Source: Candidatus Eiseniibacteriota bacterium (GTDB lineage: Bacteria; Eisenbacteria; RBG-16-71-46). From it: a stretch of 64,000 nt of DNA. Numbering within the stretch: position 1 is the first letter of the stretch; the number at the start of each line of letters is the position of its first letter. The stretch lies in contig OY970342.1 of NCBI GenBank assembly GCA_963717505.1, positions 1,952,001 through 2,016,000 on the forward strand, given 5' to 3'. This document shows, one piece after another, positions 8,918 to 17,846 of the stretch. The notes beneath the pieces were generated by a model. The model was given only the letters and a program-made list of their open reading frames with translations. It was not told where the DNA came from and made no database searches. Made by a program: the position numbers and the translations under genes.

Positions 8918-10855
8918 GTGGCTACCGAGCCCGTTCCGGCCGCCGAAACCCCGAAGTCCCCCGAAGAAATCGAGCGTCACTGGTTCGAGAACGTGTTCGC
9001 CGGTCAGGACGTGCCGCAGCTCACCGCGCGCGCCTTGATCATGGGCATGCTGCTCGGGGCGATCATGTCGCTCTCGAACATCTACATCGGACTCAAGGCG
9101 GGATGGAGTCTGGGGGTGGCGATCACCTCGACCATTCTCGCCTACGCCGTGTTCGCGACCCTGCACCGCCTGCTGCCCCGGCTGTTCCCGCCGTTTTCGA
9201 TCCTCGAGAACAACGCGATGGCGTCGTGCGCCTCGGCCGGCGGCTACATGACCGGCGCCGGGCTGGTCAACGCGATTCCGGCGCTGATGATGCTCCAGCC
9301 CGAGGCGGTGCCCGGGATGTGGGTGCTCTCGGTGTGGATCATCCTGATTTCGTGGCTCGGGGTGTTCCTGGCGGTGCCGGCCAAGCGGCAGATGATCAAT
9401 ATCGAGCAGCTGCGGTTCCCGAGTGGGATCGCCGCCGCCGAGACCCTGCGCAGCCTGCACGGGCACGGTGGCGAGGCGATGCGCAAGGCGCGTTCGCTCG
9501 GTCTGGCGGCACTCGCCGGTGCCGTCATCACCTGGTTCCGCGACGCCAACGCCACGTGGATGAAGTTCACCGATTGGAGTGCGCAGGGGCTCGGCTGGGT
9601 TCGGGTCGCCGATCCGGCGCCGGGTTGGCTGCATTGGCTTCAGTATCCGCGCATCCCGGCGGTCTGGACCCCGGGAACCATCAAGATCGGACAATGGGAC
9701 GTGAAGCAGCTGACCTTCGGCTTCGAAGGCTCGCTGCTGTTCGTCGCCGCCGGCGCGATCATGGGCTTCCGCCAGGCGTGGAGCCTGCTGCTCGGCTCGG
9801 TCATCAACTTCGGCGTGCTGGCCCCGATCTTCCTGGCCAACGGCGACATCGAGCGCACCGGACTCCGCGGGATCACGTCGTGGAGCCTGTGGATCGGCGT
9901 GCCCATGATGGTGACCTCGGGCCTGCTGCTGTTCTTCATGCAGTGGAAGTCGGTGGTGCGCGCGTTCAGCTCGATCACCGCGTTCTTCCAGCGCGGTTCG
10001 CACTCGGCCGACGATCCGATGGAGCGCATCGAAGTGCCCGGCTCGTGGTTCGTGTTCGGCTACGTGGGGCTCGGCATCGCAATTCTGTTCATGGCGGTGA
10101 CCTTCTTCCACATCCAGTGGTGGATGGCGATCGTGGCGCTGCTGATGACCTTCCTGCTGGTGCTGGTCGCGGCGCGCTCCACCGGCGAAACCGACATCAC
10201 ACCGACCGGCCCCCTATCAAAAATCACCCAGCTCGCGTTCGGCGCGCTGGCGCCCGGCAACATCTCGACCAACCTGATGACCGCCAACATCACCGCCGGC
10301 GCGTGCAGCCACGCCGGCGACCTGCTCACGGACCTCAAGAGCGGATACTTGCTCGGCGCCAAGCCACGACAACAGTTCCTGGCGCAGTTCTTCGGCGTGC
10401 TCGCCGGAGGCTTGGTAGTGGTGCCGGTGTTCTTCCTGCTGATTCCCGACGCCGCAAAGCTCGGAACCGACCAGTGGCCGGCGCCCGCGGCTCAGGTGTG
10501 GCGCGGGGTCGCCGAGCTGCTGGCCAAGGGTGTGGCCGCCCTGAAGCCGAGCGCCCGGATCGGACTGGTGATCGGCGCCACCCTCGGCATCATTCTCCCG
10601 CTGCTCGAGATGCGCTTTCCCAAGCAGAAGAAGTTCATCCCTTCGCCGGTCGGTCTCGGCCTGGCGTTCACCATCAGCGCGTTCTTCTCGATCTCCATGT
10701 TCATCGGCGCCTGCCTGACCTTGTTCCTCGAGCGCGTCAAGCCGAAGATGGCCGGTGACTACATCGTGCCGGTGTCTTCGGGCATCATTGCCGGCGAGAG
10801 CCTGATGGGGGTCGCGATCGCTCTGCTGGCGGTCGCCGGAGTCCTGACTCCCTAG
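8918..10855 (+). CDS. OPT-family oligopeptide/metal-chelate transporter (YSL-like)
   Basis: QLTARALIMG, NIYIGLKAGW, ILENN, EQLRFPSGIAAAETL, GETDITP, DLLTDLKSGYLLGAKPRQQ, SGIIAGESLMG. Confidence 0.92.
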   Translation: MATEPVPAAETPKSPEEIERHWFENVFAGQDVPQLTARALIMGMLLGAIMSLSNIYIGLKAGWSLGVAITSTILAYAVFATLHRLLPRLFPPFSILENNAMASCASAGGYMTGAGLVNAIPALMMLQPEAVPGMWVLSVWIILISWLGVFLAVPAKRQMINIEQLRFPSGIAAAETLRSLHGHGGEAMRKARSLGLAALAGAVITWFRDANATWMKFTDWSAQGLGWVRVADPAPGWLHWLQYPRIPAVWTPGTIKIGQWDVKQLTFGFEGSLLFVAAGAIMGFRQAWSLLLGSVINFGVLAPIFLANGDIERTGLRGITSWSLWIGVPMMVTSGLLLFFMQWKSVVRAFSSITAFFQRGSHSADDPMERIEVPGSWFVFGYVGLGIAILFMAVTFFHIQWWMAIVALLMTFLLVLVAARSTGETDITPTGPLSKITQLAFGALAPGNISTNLMTANITAGACSHAGDLLTDLKSGYLLGAKPRQQFLAQFFGVLAGGLVVVPVFFLLIPDAAKLGTDQWPAPAAQVWRGVAELLAKGVAALKPSARIGLVIGATLGIILPLLEMRFPKQKKFIPSPVGLGLAFTISAFFSISMFIGACLTLFLERVKPKMAGDYIVPVSSGIIAGESLMGVAIALLAVAGVLTP

Positions 10856-10990
10856 AATGACGATCGACGGCGGATCGGCAGCGCCGCGCCCTGGGGCGAG
10901 GCCTGCCCGATCGGGCGCAAAGTCCGAGGCACATTCGGCCGAAAACCAGGGGGAATCCCGTTGGTCCATGTCGCCCCGGAGGGGAACCCC

Positions 10991-12172
10991 GTGAAGTTCT
11001 GGATGATCGTTCTGGCTTTGGCGCTGCCCACGGCCGCCGCAAACGCGGCGACCGCAAAGCTGCCGGGGCTGCCGCCCGACGAACTCGCCCTGTACGAGCG
11101 GCTGTGCTTCCAGGTGGAGGACAGCTACGACAGCACGCGCGGCGGCTTCGTCGACAAGCACGGCATTCCCTACGAGAGCGCGACTGACCTGGCGTTCCTG
11201 CTCGGCAGCCGCAAGGGCGGTGCGAACTGGTCGTCGCGGGCGATCTCGACCGTGAACGTCATGCTCACGTTCGAGGACACCCTGCGTGGCGGGTTCCATG
11301 GCGCGGTGGAAAACGGGCTCGGCGATTCCGAGCTGAATCGTCCGACCGCTCTCAATGCGCGTCGGCTGGCGTCGTTGATTCGCGCCTGGGCGGTGACCGG
11401 CGAAACTCGCTACTGGGTGTCGGCGGTGCGTCTGCTCGAGTTCGCCGAGCGCAACGTAGTCGACGGGCGCGGCGGGTTCGTTCCCGATCCGGTCGGGGAC
11501 ATGCAGCTGATCCCGGAAGTGAACGGGGTCGCGATTCGCTCCTGGCTCCTGTGGTGGGCGGTGGGCCGCGATGCGCGCCACAAGACGTTCGCCCACAAGA
11601 GCCTGGATCGAGTGTGGGAAGTGTGCTGGATGGACAGCGTGGGGTTCGTCCGCCACGACGCCTTCAACGAGCCACTCGAGTGGCCGTTGCTCCTCGATCA
11701 GGCCGAGATGGGGCGGGCCCTGTTGATGAGCGCCCACCTGACCGGCCGCGACGAAGACCTGGAGCGCGCGAAGACGGTCGCGGACTTGATGCTGCGCCAG
11801 TTCGAAGACCCCAAGCGCGGCGGATTCGCGTCGAAAGTGACCTCGAAGAAGGGTCAGATCTCGGCCTCGGGACGCGAGTCCGCGGAGAACGCCCGTGCCT
11901 GCCTGTTCCTGTGCGAGATCGCGCACGTCACCGGCGACGTCCGCTACCTGGACGCCGCACGCCGCGCCTGGGTTTCGTTCGAGAAGACGCTACGCAAGCC
12001 CCGGCAGGAAGCCGCCGACTGGGCTCTGGCGATGGATGCCGCGATGGGCCCCGATCTCCCGACTCCGCCCCCCGAGCCCGTGCGCTCCGAAGATCCGCGC
12101 AAGAAGCCGACCGATCGACGCAATCGCTCGAAGTCGCCGGCGGCGAAGATGGGGGCGAGCGGCACGCCGTAA
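10991..12172 (+). CDS. Secreted (alpha/alpha)6-barrel protein, YyaL/AGE/GH76-like
   Basis: Signal peptide (GTG 10991 after GGAGGGG); repeated D-x-x-RGGF helical-hairpin motifs, LLDQAEMGRAL, AHVTGDVRYLDAA. Confidence 0.6.
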   Translation: MKFWMIVLALALPTAAANAATAKLPGLPPDELALYERLCFQVEDSYDSTRGGFVDKHGIPYESATDLAFLLGSRKGGANWSSRAISTVNVMLTFEDTLRGGFHGAVENGLGDSELNRPTALNARRLASLIRAWAVTGETRYWVSAVRLLEFAERNVVDGRGGFVPDPVGDMQLIPEVNGVAIRSWLLWWAVGRDARHKTFAHKSLDRVWEVCWMDSVGFVRHDAFNEPLEWPLLLDQAEMGRALLMSAHLTGRDEDLERAKTVADLMLRQFEDPKRGGFASKVTSKKGQISASGRESAENARACLFLCEIAHVTGDVRYLDAARRAWVSFEKTLRKPRQEAADWALAMDAAMGPDLPTPPPEPVRSEDPRKKPTDRRNRSKSPAAKMGASGTP

Positions 12173-12252
12173 GCCACAGGAGTACGGGCTCGCCGACTCG
12201 CACGCCCCTCCGCCCATCCCGAGAGAAACCTGGGTCGCCCGTACGCCTCGCG

Positions 12253-12282
12253 TTGACCGGACGCAACCCTACCCCGTACGGT
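12253..12282 (+). promoter_or_regulatory. Putative sigma70 promoter TTGACC-N18-TACGGT for the gmd operon
   Basis: -35 at 12253-12258 and -10 at 12277-12282 in the intergenic region. Confidence 0.45.
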
Positions 12283-12325
12283 GGAGCGCCTTTTTCCCGA
12301 CCGCCACCCGGAATCCGAGGACTCC

Positions 12326-13279
12326 ATGCGTCGAGTGTTGGTGACGGGGGTGACCGGTTTCGCCGGCAGCCACCTGGTCGACTATCTGCTGACTCGCAAC
12401 GACGTCGAGATCTACGGCCTGCTGCGCTGGCGCAGCCGCACCGAGAACATCGAGCACGTGATGGACAAGATCACGCTGCTCGAGTGCGACCTGCGTGACG
12501 CCTCCTCGACCCGCGACACGCTCGAGAAGGTGAACCCGGACTTCATCTTCCACCTGGCCGCGCAGTCGTTCGTGCCGACCTCGTGGCGGGCGCCGACCGA
12601 GTCGCTGACCACCAACGTGCTCGGGCAGCTCAACATCTTCGAGGCCGTGCGCCGGCTCAAAATCAAGCCCCGGATCCAGATCGCCTGCTCGAGCGAGGAA
12701 TACGGGATGGTGTTTCCGGACGAGATCCCGATCAAGGAAACGAATCCGCTGCGGCCGCTGTCGCCCTATGCGGTCAGCAAGGTCGCGCAGGACCTGCTCG
12801 CCTACCAGTACTGGATGTCCTGGCAGGTCGACTCGGTGCGCACGCGCGGCTTCAACCACGAAGGGCCGCGTCGCGGCCCGGTGTTCGTGGCCTCGGATTT
12901 CGCCAAGCAGATCGCCGACATCGAGAAGGGCCGCAAACCGCCTGTGCTCTACGTCGGCAACCTCGAAGCCCAGCGTGACTTCACCGACGTGCGCGACATC
13001 GTCCGCGCTTACTGGCTGGCGCTCGAGAAGTGCGAGGCGGGCGAGGTCTACAACATTTGCAGCGGCCGGGCTTGGGTCATTCGCGACGTGCTCGACCACC
13101 TGCTCGGCTTGTCGAAGGTCAAGATCGAGGTCCGTCAGGACCCGACCCGGATGCGGCCGAGCGACGTGCCGATCCTGCTCGGCGACCACTCCAAGTTCAC
13201 GAAAGTGACCGGCTGGGAGCCGAGAACCCCGTTCGAGCAGACGCTGAGCGACATGCTCGATTACTGGCGCGCGCGCTAG
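12326..13279 (+). CDS. gmd: GDP-mannose 4,6-dehydratase-like SDR
   Basis: TGVTGFAGSHL, HLAAQSFV, SSEEYG, SPYAVSK, NHEGPRRG, VGNLEAQRDF, RPSDV; also resembles Rmd-type reductases. Confidence 0.75.
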   Translation: MRRVLVTGVTGFAGSHLVDYLLTRNDVEIYGLLRWRSRTENIEHVMDKITLLECDLRDASSTRDTLEKVNPDFIFHLAAQSFVPTSWRAPTESLTTNVLGQLNIFEAVRRLKIKPRIQIACSSEEYGMVFPDEIPIKETNPLRPLSPYAVSKVAQDLLAYQYWMSWQVDSVRTRGFNHEGPRRGPVFVASDFAKQIADIEKGRKPPVLYVGNLEAQRDFTDVRDIVRAYWLALEKCEAGEVYNICSGRAWVIRDVLDHLLGLSKVKIEVRQDPTRMRPSDVPILLGDHSKFTKVTGWEPRTPFEQTLSDMLDYWRAR

Positions 13280-13292
13280 TCGCGCCCTTGCC

Positions 13293-14255
13293 ATGGACCT
13301 GCGCAACGCCAGCCTGCTCGTCACGGGCGCCAGCGGTTTCGTCGGACCGTGGGTGGTGCGCGCCCTGGCCGAACGGGGTGCGCACGTCCAGGCGACCGCC
13401 GGACCCGCCGCACCGCCCTCGGCCGCGGATCTCCCGGTCGAAGTCTGGCACGCGATGGACCTGCGCGACCCGGCCGATGTCGAGCGCGTCGTCGCCGCCG
13501 CCAAGCCCGACGCCGTGCTCCATCTCGCCGGACAAAGCAGCACGGCACGATCGTTCGCCGAGCCGGCCGAGACCTTCCACATCAATGCGCTCGGCACCTG
13601 GCGGTTGCTCGACGCGGTGCGCGTGCGAGCGCCGCGCGCCCGCGTGCTGGTGGTGACCAGCGGCGATCTCTATGGGCCGCAACCGGAAGGCACGCGAGTC
13701 GCCGAGAACGCGATCCCTCGGCCGGTGAGCCCCTATGGACTATCGAAAGCCGCCGCCGACGCGTTCGCCGAGGTGGCGGCAACCACGCATCGGCTCGACG
13801 TGCTGCGCGCGCGATCCTTCGGTCACACCGGTCCCGGTCAGGAACCGACTTTCGCGATTCCGGCGTTCGCGCGTCAGCTCGCCGAGATCGAAGTGGGTAC
13901 GGCCGAGCCGGTACTTCGAGTCGGGAATCTGGAAGTCGTCCGCGATCTGACCGACGTGCGCGACGTGGCGCTCGCCTACGTGGCGTTGCTCGAACGCGGC
14001 CGCTCGGGTGCGGCGTACAACGTGTGCCGCGGCGAAGGCGTGCGGCTGACCGACGTCGTCCAGGCGCTGTGCGGAATGATTCGGAAGCCGGTGACGATCG
14101 AGCCGGATCCCGCGCGCATGCGCCCGGCCGACGTGCCCTACCTGGTCGGCGACCCCTCGGCGATCGCCCGCGACACCGGCTGGCGCGCCGAGACGCCGCT
14201 CGCCGACACCCTGCGCGCCGTGGTGGACGAATGGCGCGCGCGAGTCGCGTCGTGA
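13293..14255 (+). CDS. rmd: GDP-4-keto-6-deoxy-mannose reductase-like SDR
   Basis: TGASGFVG, TSGDLYG (no dehydratase Glu), SPYGLSK, HTGPGQ, VGNLEVVRDLTDVRD. Confidence 0.7.
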   Translation: MDLRNASLLVTGASGFVGPWVVRALAERGAHVQATAGPAAPPSAADLPVEVWHAMDLRDPADVERVVAAAKPDAVLHLAGQSSTARSFAEPAETFHINALGTWRLLDAVRVRAPRARVLVVTSGDLYGPQPEGTRVAENAIPRPVSPYGLSKAAADAFAEVAATTHRLDVLRARSFGHTGPGQEPTFAIPAFARQLAEIEVGTAEPVLRVGNLEVVRDLTDVRDVALAYVALLERGRSGAAYNVCRGEGVRLTDVVQALCGMIRKPVTIEPDPARMRPADVPYLVGDPSAIARDTGWRAETPLADTLRAVVDEWRARVAS

Positions 14256-15088
14256 GCGACAAGGCTCCCGCCATGGTCAACGCGCTGACCATCGACTTCG
14301 AGGACTGGTACCACGGTCTCGAGATCCCGATGGACCGCTGGACCGGCTACGAGGACCGGATGGAACTGGCCGCCCGCCGCACGCTCGACGCGTTCGCCGC
14401 CGCGGGGGCCAAGGCGACGTTCTTCGTGCTCGGCGCCGTCGCGGAGAAGCACCCGCATCTAGTCCGAGAAATCGCGGCGGCCGGCCACGAAGTCGGCACG
14501 CACGGGTATTCCCATACGCTGATCTACACGCAAACCCCCGAGGTGTTCCGAGCCGAGCTGGAGCGCTCGATCCGAATCCTCGAGGATCTGTCTGGGCAGC
14601 GCATCCTGGGGCACCGAGCACCGTTCTTCTCGATCACCAAGAAGTCGCTGTGGGCGCTCGACATCCTGGGCGAGCTGGGCATTCGCTACGACTCGAGCAT
14701 CTATCCGGTCTACAACTACCGCTACGGCATCGAGGATTCACCGCGCCTGCCCTACGACATCCAGCGCGGGCCGGTGACCGTGCGCGAGTTCCCGATCTCG
14801 ACCTGGCGCGTGTTCGGCAAGAACCTGCCGATCGCGGGTGGCGCCTACTTCCGCATCTATCCTTATGCATTGACACGAGCCGGATTCCGCGCCATCAATC
14901 GTGCCGGGAACCCAGCGGTTTTCTACCTTCACCCCTGGGAGCTGGATCCCGATCACCCCCGTATCGACTTGCCGCGCCGGATCGCGGCGACCCATTACGT
15001 GAACCTGGGTGCGACCGCGGGCAGGCTGCGCCGCCTGCTGGCCGAGTTCCGTTTCGCCCCCATGAAGGAGGTTTTGCATGTCGGTTGA
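14252..15088 (+). CDS. Polysaccharide deacetylase (XrtA-system/DUF3473 type)
   Basis: NALTIDFEDWY, ATFFVLG, GHEVGTHGYSH, RAPFFSI, YDSSIYP, GGAYFR, FYLHPWELDP. Confidence 0.9.
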   Translation: MSDKAPAMVNALTIDFEDWYHGLEIPMDRWTGYEDRMELAARRTLDAFAAAGAKATFFVLGAVAEKHPHLVREIAAAGHEVGTHGYSHTLIYTQTPEVFRAELERSIRILEDLSGQRILGHRAPFFSITKKSLWALDILGELGIRYDSSIYPVYNYRYGIEDSPRLPYDIQRGPVTVREFPISTWRVFGKNLPIAGGAYFRIYPYALTRAGFRAINRAGNPAVFYLHPWELDPDHPRIDLPRRIAATHYVNLGATAGRLRRLLAEFRFAPMKEVLHVG

Positions 15089-15725
15089 AGACAAGGTGCG
15101 CGACTACTTCCACGCGGACGCCGCCCGCTTCGACTCGATCTACGAGGAACGCAAGGGTCCGGTCACCCGCTTCATCGACCACGTGTGGCGCGGAGTGGTC
15201 CGGCGGCGGCTCGATCTGGCATTGGACAAGCTCGCTCCGTTCGAGGGGCGGACCTACCTCGACGTCGGCACCGGGTCGGGGCGCTTCTGTCATGCCTACG
15301 CGCTGCGCGGCGCGCGCAAGGCGGTCGGCGTCGACTTCGCACCGGCGATGATCGAGATCGCCAAGAAGCTGGCCGCCGACTTGAAGGTCGCCGACCGTTG
15401 CGAGTTCCGGGTCGGCGGTTTCCCGGAGGCAGTCACCGACGGGCCGTTCGACGGCAGCTCGGCAATGGGTTTCTTCGATTACATCGACCAGCCGCTGCCG
15501 ATTCTCACCCGGATGTGGGAGCTGACTAGTTCGACCCTGATCGCCAGCTTCCCCAAGGCGCACGAATGGCGGGTCCCCCTGCGCCGGGCGCGGTTCTGGA
15601 TGAACCGCTGCCCCCTGTTCCTGTACACCGAGCCTCAAACTCGGGGTTTGCTCGCCCAGGCGGGAATCAAGAATTACGAGTGGATCGATTTCGGGCGCGA
15701 CTACGTGGTGGTCGGGCGGCGCTGA
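15078..15725 (+). CDS. Class I SAM-dependent methyltransferase
   Basis: LDVGTGSGRF motif I, GVDFAPAM, MGFFDY. Confidence 0.85.
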   Translation: MSVEDKVRDYFHADAARFDSIYEERKGPVTRFIDHVWRGVVRRRLDLALDKLAPFEGRTYLDVGTGSGRFCHAYALRGARKAVGVDFAPAMIEIAKKLAADLKVADRCEFRVGGFPEAVTDGPFDGSSAMGFFDYIDQPLPILTRMWELTSSTLIASFPKAHEWRVPLRRARFWMNRCPLFLYTEPQTRGLLAQAGIKNYEWIDFGRDYVVVGRR

Positions 15726-15856
15726 CCGGTCCTCGGGCGGGGCCACGGACCCCTCGCGGGCCTTTGCGAAACGCCGGCCGGCGGGAGTGAAAGCGTGCTG
15801 CGGTCGGGCGTCCTGCCTGCCGATGTAAATGGGTGGCTGGGTAGGGGGTTCCGGCA

Positions 15857-15886
15857 TTGACCGGGGCTCGGCGGAACCTCTATCCT
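15857..15886 (+). promoter_or_regulatory. Putative sigma70 promoter TTGACC-N18-TATCCT for the ugd-rmlCB-export operon
   Basis: -35 at 15857-15862 and -10 at 15881-15886. Confidence 0.5.
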
Positions 15887-15963
15887 CACCCGCTCACTTT
15901 CCGCCAACGGGATCCAAGACCGCGGCGGCCCACCATCCCGCCCGCGATTGAAAGGGCAGCCCT

Positions 15964-17394
15964 CTGTACTCCATCACCGTCGTGGGGACCGGCTACGTCG
16001 GTCTCGTGACCGGCGCGTGCCTGGCCGATTTCGGCCACCGCGTGACTTGCGTGGACGCCGATGCCGGAAAGATCGAGCGTCTCAAGAAGCTGGAATTGCC
16101 GTTTTTCGAGCCCGGACTGCCGGGACTCGTGGAGCGCAACGTGGCCGAAGGCCGCCTGCGCTTCGACCACGACCTGAAGCGCGCCCTCAAGGGCACCCGG
16201 GTCGTGTTCATCACCGTCGGCACCCCCCCGCGGGCCGACGGCTCCGCCGACACCAGCGCCATCTACCAAGTGGCGCGCGTGGTGGCCGAGAACCTCGACG
16301 GCTACCGGGTCGTCGTCCAGAAGAGCACGGCCCCGGTCGGCACCGCCCGCGACCTGCAGCACTTCATGCGCAAGTTCGCGCCGCGCGGCGCCGAGTTCGA
16401 CGTCGCCTCCAATCCGGAGTTCCTGCGCGAGGGTTCGGCGATCGAGACCTTCATGCGGCCCGACCGGGTGGTGATCGGCGCCGAGACCAAGCGCGCCGCG
16501 ACCGTGCTGCGCAAGATCCATCAGCCGTTGTTCCTGCTCGAGACTCCGATGGTGGTCACCAATCTGGAAACCGCCGAGCTGATCAAGTATGCGTCGAACT
16601 GCTTCCTGGCCACCAAGATCTCGTTCATCAACGAGATCGCCAATCTGTGCGAGGCGCTGGGAGCCGACGTCAAGCAAGTGGCGAAGGGGATCGGCATGGA
16701 CCGGCGGATCGGCTCCAAGTTCCTGCACGCCGGGCCCGGCTACGGCGGCTCGTGCTTCCCCAAGGACACGCATGCGCTGTCGGCGTTCGCGCGCACGGCC
16801 AAGGTCAAGTCGGGCATCGTGGATGCGGTGATCCAGGCCAACGACCGCCAGATCGAGCTGATGGTCGCGAAGATCGTCCAGTCGATCGGCGCTCCGCGCG
16901 GGAAGACGGTCGGCATCCTCGGCTTGTCGTTCAAGCCCAACACCGACGACCTGCGGGCCGCACCGGCGCTTGCGATCATCGATGCGCTCAGGCGACGCGG
17001 GGTCAAGATCCGCGCCTTCGATCCGGTCGCCATGCCGAGCGCCAAGAAGTCGGTGCGCGGGGTGGAGTTCACCTCCGACGCGTACGAGTGCGCGCGCGGC
17101 GCGCACGCGCTCGCCATCGTCACCGAGTGGAACGAGTTCCGAAACCTGAATTTCTCCCGACTCAAGCGGCTCATGCGCCGGCCGGTGCTGTGCGACCTGC
17201 GCAACATCTACGAGCCCGCGGAGGTCGAGAGCGCGGGTTGGACGCACGTCGGGGTCGGACGCGGGCGAGTCCGCGTTTCAGCCGCCAACGGCGCCGCCCG
17301 CACCCGTCGTGCCCGCGCGGCGTCCTCCGCCAGTCGCGGACGCACCGCGGCTCGGACCCGGCCGGGAGTCGCCGCCCGCGGGGCCCGCACTTGA
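15964..17394 (+). CDS. ugd: UDP-glucose 6-dehydrogenase with Arg/Ala-rich C-terminal tail
   Basis: VVGTGYVGL, FEPGL, QKSTAPVGT, SNPEFLREG, AELIKYASN, GYGGSCFPKD, GLSFKPNTDDLR; start probably CTG at 15964 (see findings). Confidence 0.93.
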   Translation: MYSITVVGTGYVGLVTGACLADFGHRVTCVDADAGKIERLKKLELPFFEPGLPGLVERNVAEGRLRFDHDLKRALKGTRVVFITVGTPPRADGSADTSAIYQVARVVAENLDGYRVVVQKSTAPVGTARDLQHFMRKFAPRGAEFDVASNPEFLREGSAIETFMRPDRVVIGAETKRAATVLRKIHQPLFLLETPMVVTNLETAELIKYASNCFLATKISFINEIANLCEALGADVKQVAKGIGMDRRIGSKFLHAGPGYGGSCFPKDTHALSAFARTAKVKSGIVDAVIQANDRQIELMVAKIVQSIGAPRGKTVGILGLSFKPNTDDLRAAPALAIIDALRRRGVKIRAFDPVAMPSAKKSVRGVEFTSDAYECARGAHALAIVTEWNEFRNLNFSRLKRLMRRPVLCDLRNIYEPAEVESAGWTHVGVGRGRVRVSAANGAARTRRARAASSASRGRTAARTRPGVAARGART

Positions 17395-17846
17395 TCGAGG
17401 GCGTTCGCACCAAACGACTCAAAGTCATCCCCGATGAACGAGGCTGGCTCATGGAGATGTTGCGCGACGACGACGAGTTCTTCCAGAAGTTCGGCCAGGT
17501 CTACCTGTCGGTCGTCTACCCGAACGTGGTCAAGGGCTGGCACTACCACCGCCGCCAGACCGACCACTTCGTGTTCGTCAAGGGCATGGCCAAGGTCGTG
17601 CTCTACGACCATCGCGAAGGCAGCTCGACCCGCGGCGAGATCAACGAGTTCTTCATGGGCGATCGCAATCCCATGCTGCTGGTGATCCCGCCCCTGGTCC
17701 TGCACGGCATGAAGGGGATCGGTACGGAGCCCGCCTACCTGGTGAACACGCCGACCGAGCACTACGTCTACGACGAACCCGACGAGTTCCGCGTCCCGGC
17801 GCACGACCCGAGCATTCCCTACGATTGGAGCCGGAAGGATGGCTGA
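17391..17846 (+). CDS. rmlC: dTDP-4-dehydrorhamnose 3,5-epimerase-family cupin
   Basis: TTG start overlapping the ugd stop; DERGWLME, VVKGWHYH, VLYDHREGSST, IPPLVLHG. Confidence 0.8.
   Translation: MIEGVRTKRLKVIPDERGWLMEMLRDDDEFFQKFGQVYLSVVYPNVVKGWHYHRRQTDHFVFVKGMAKVVLYDHREGSSTRGEINEFFMGDRNPMLLVIPPLVLHGMKGIGTEPAYLVNTPTEHYVYDEPDEFRVPAHDPSIPYDWSRKDG

Noticed and set aside
10919-10926. AAAGTCCG resembling the RNase P RNA conserved motif
   Set aside because: The intergenic gap is only ~135 bp and the other universal RNase P motifs are absent
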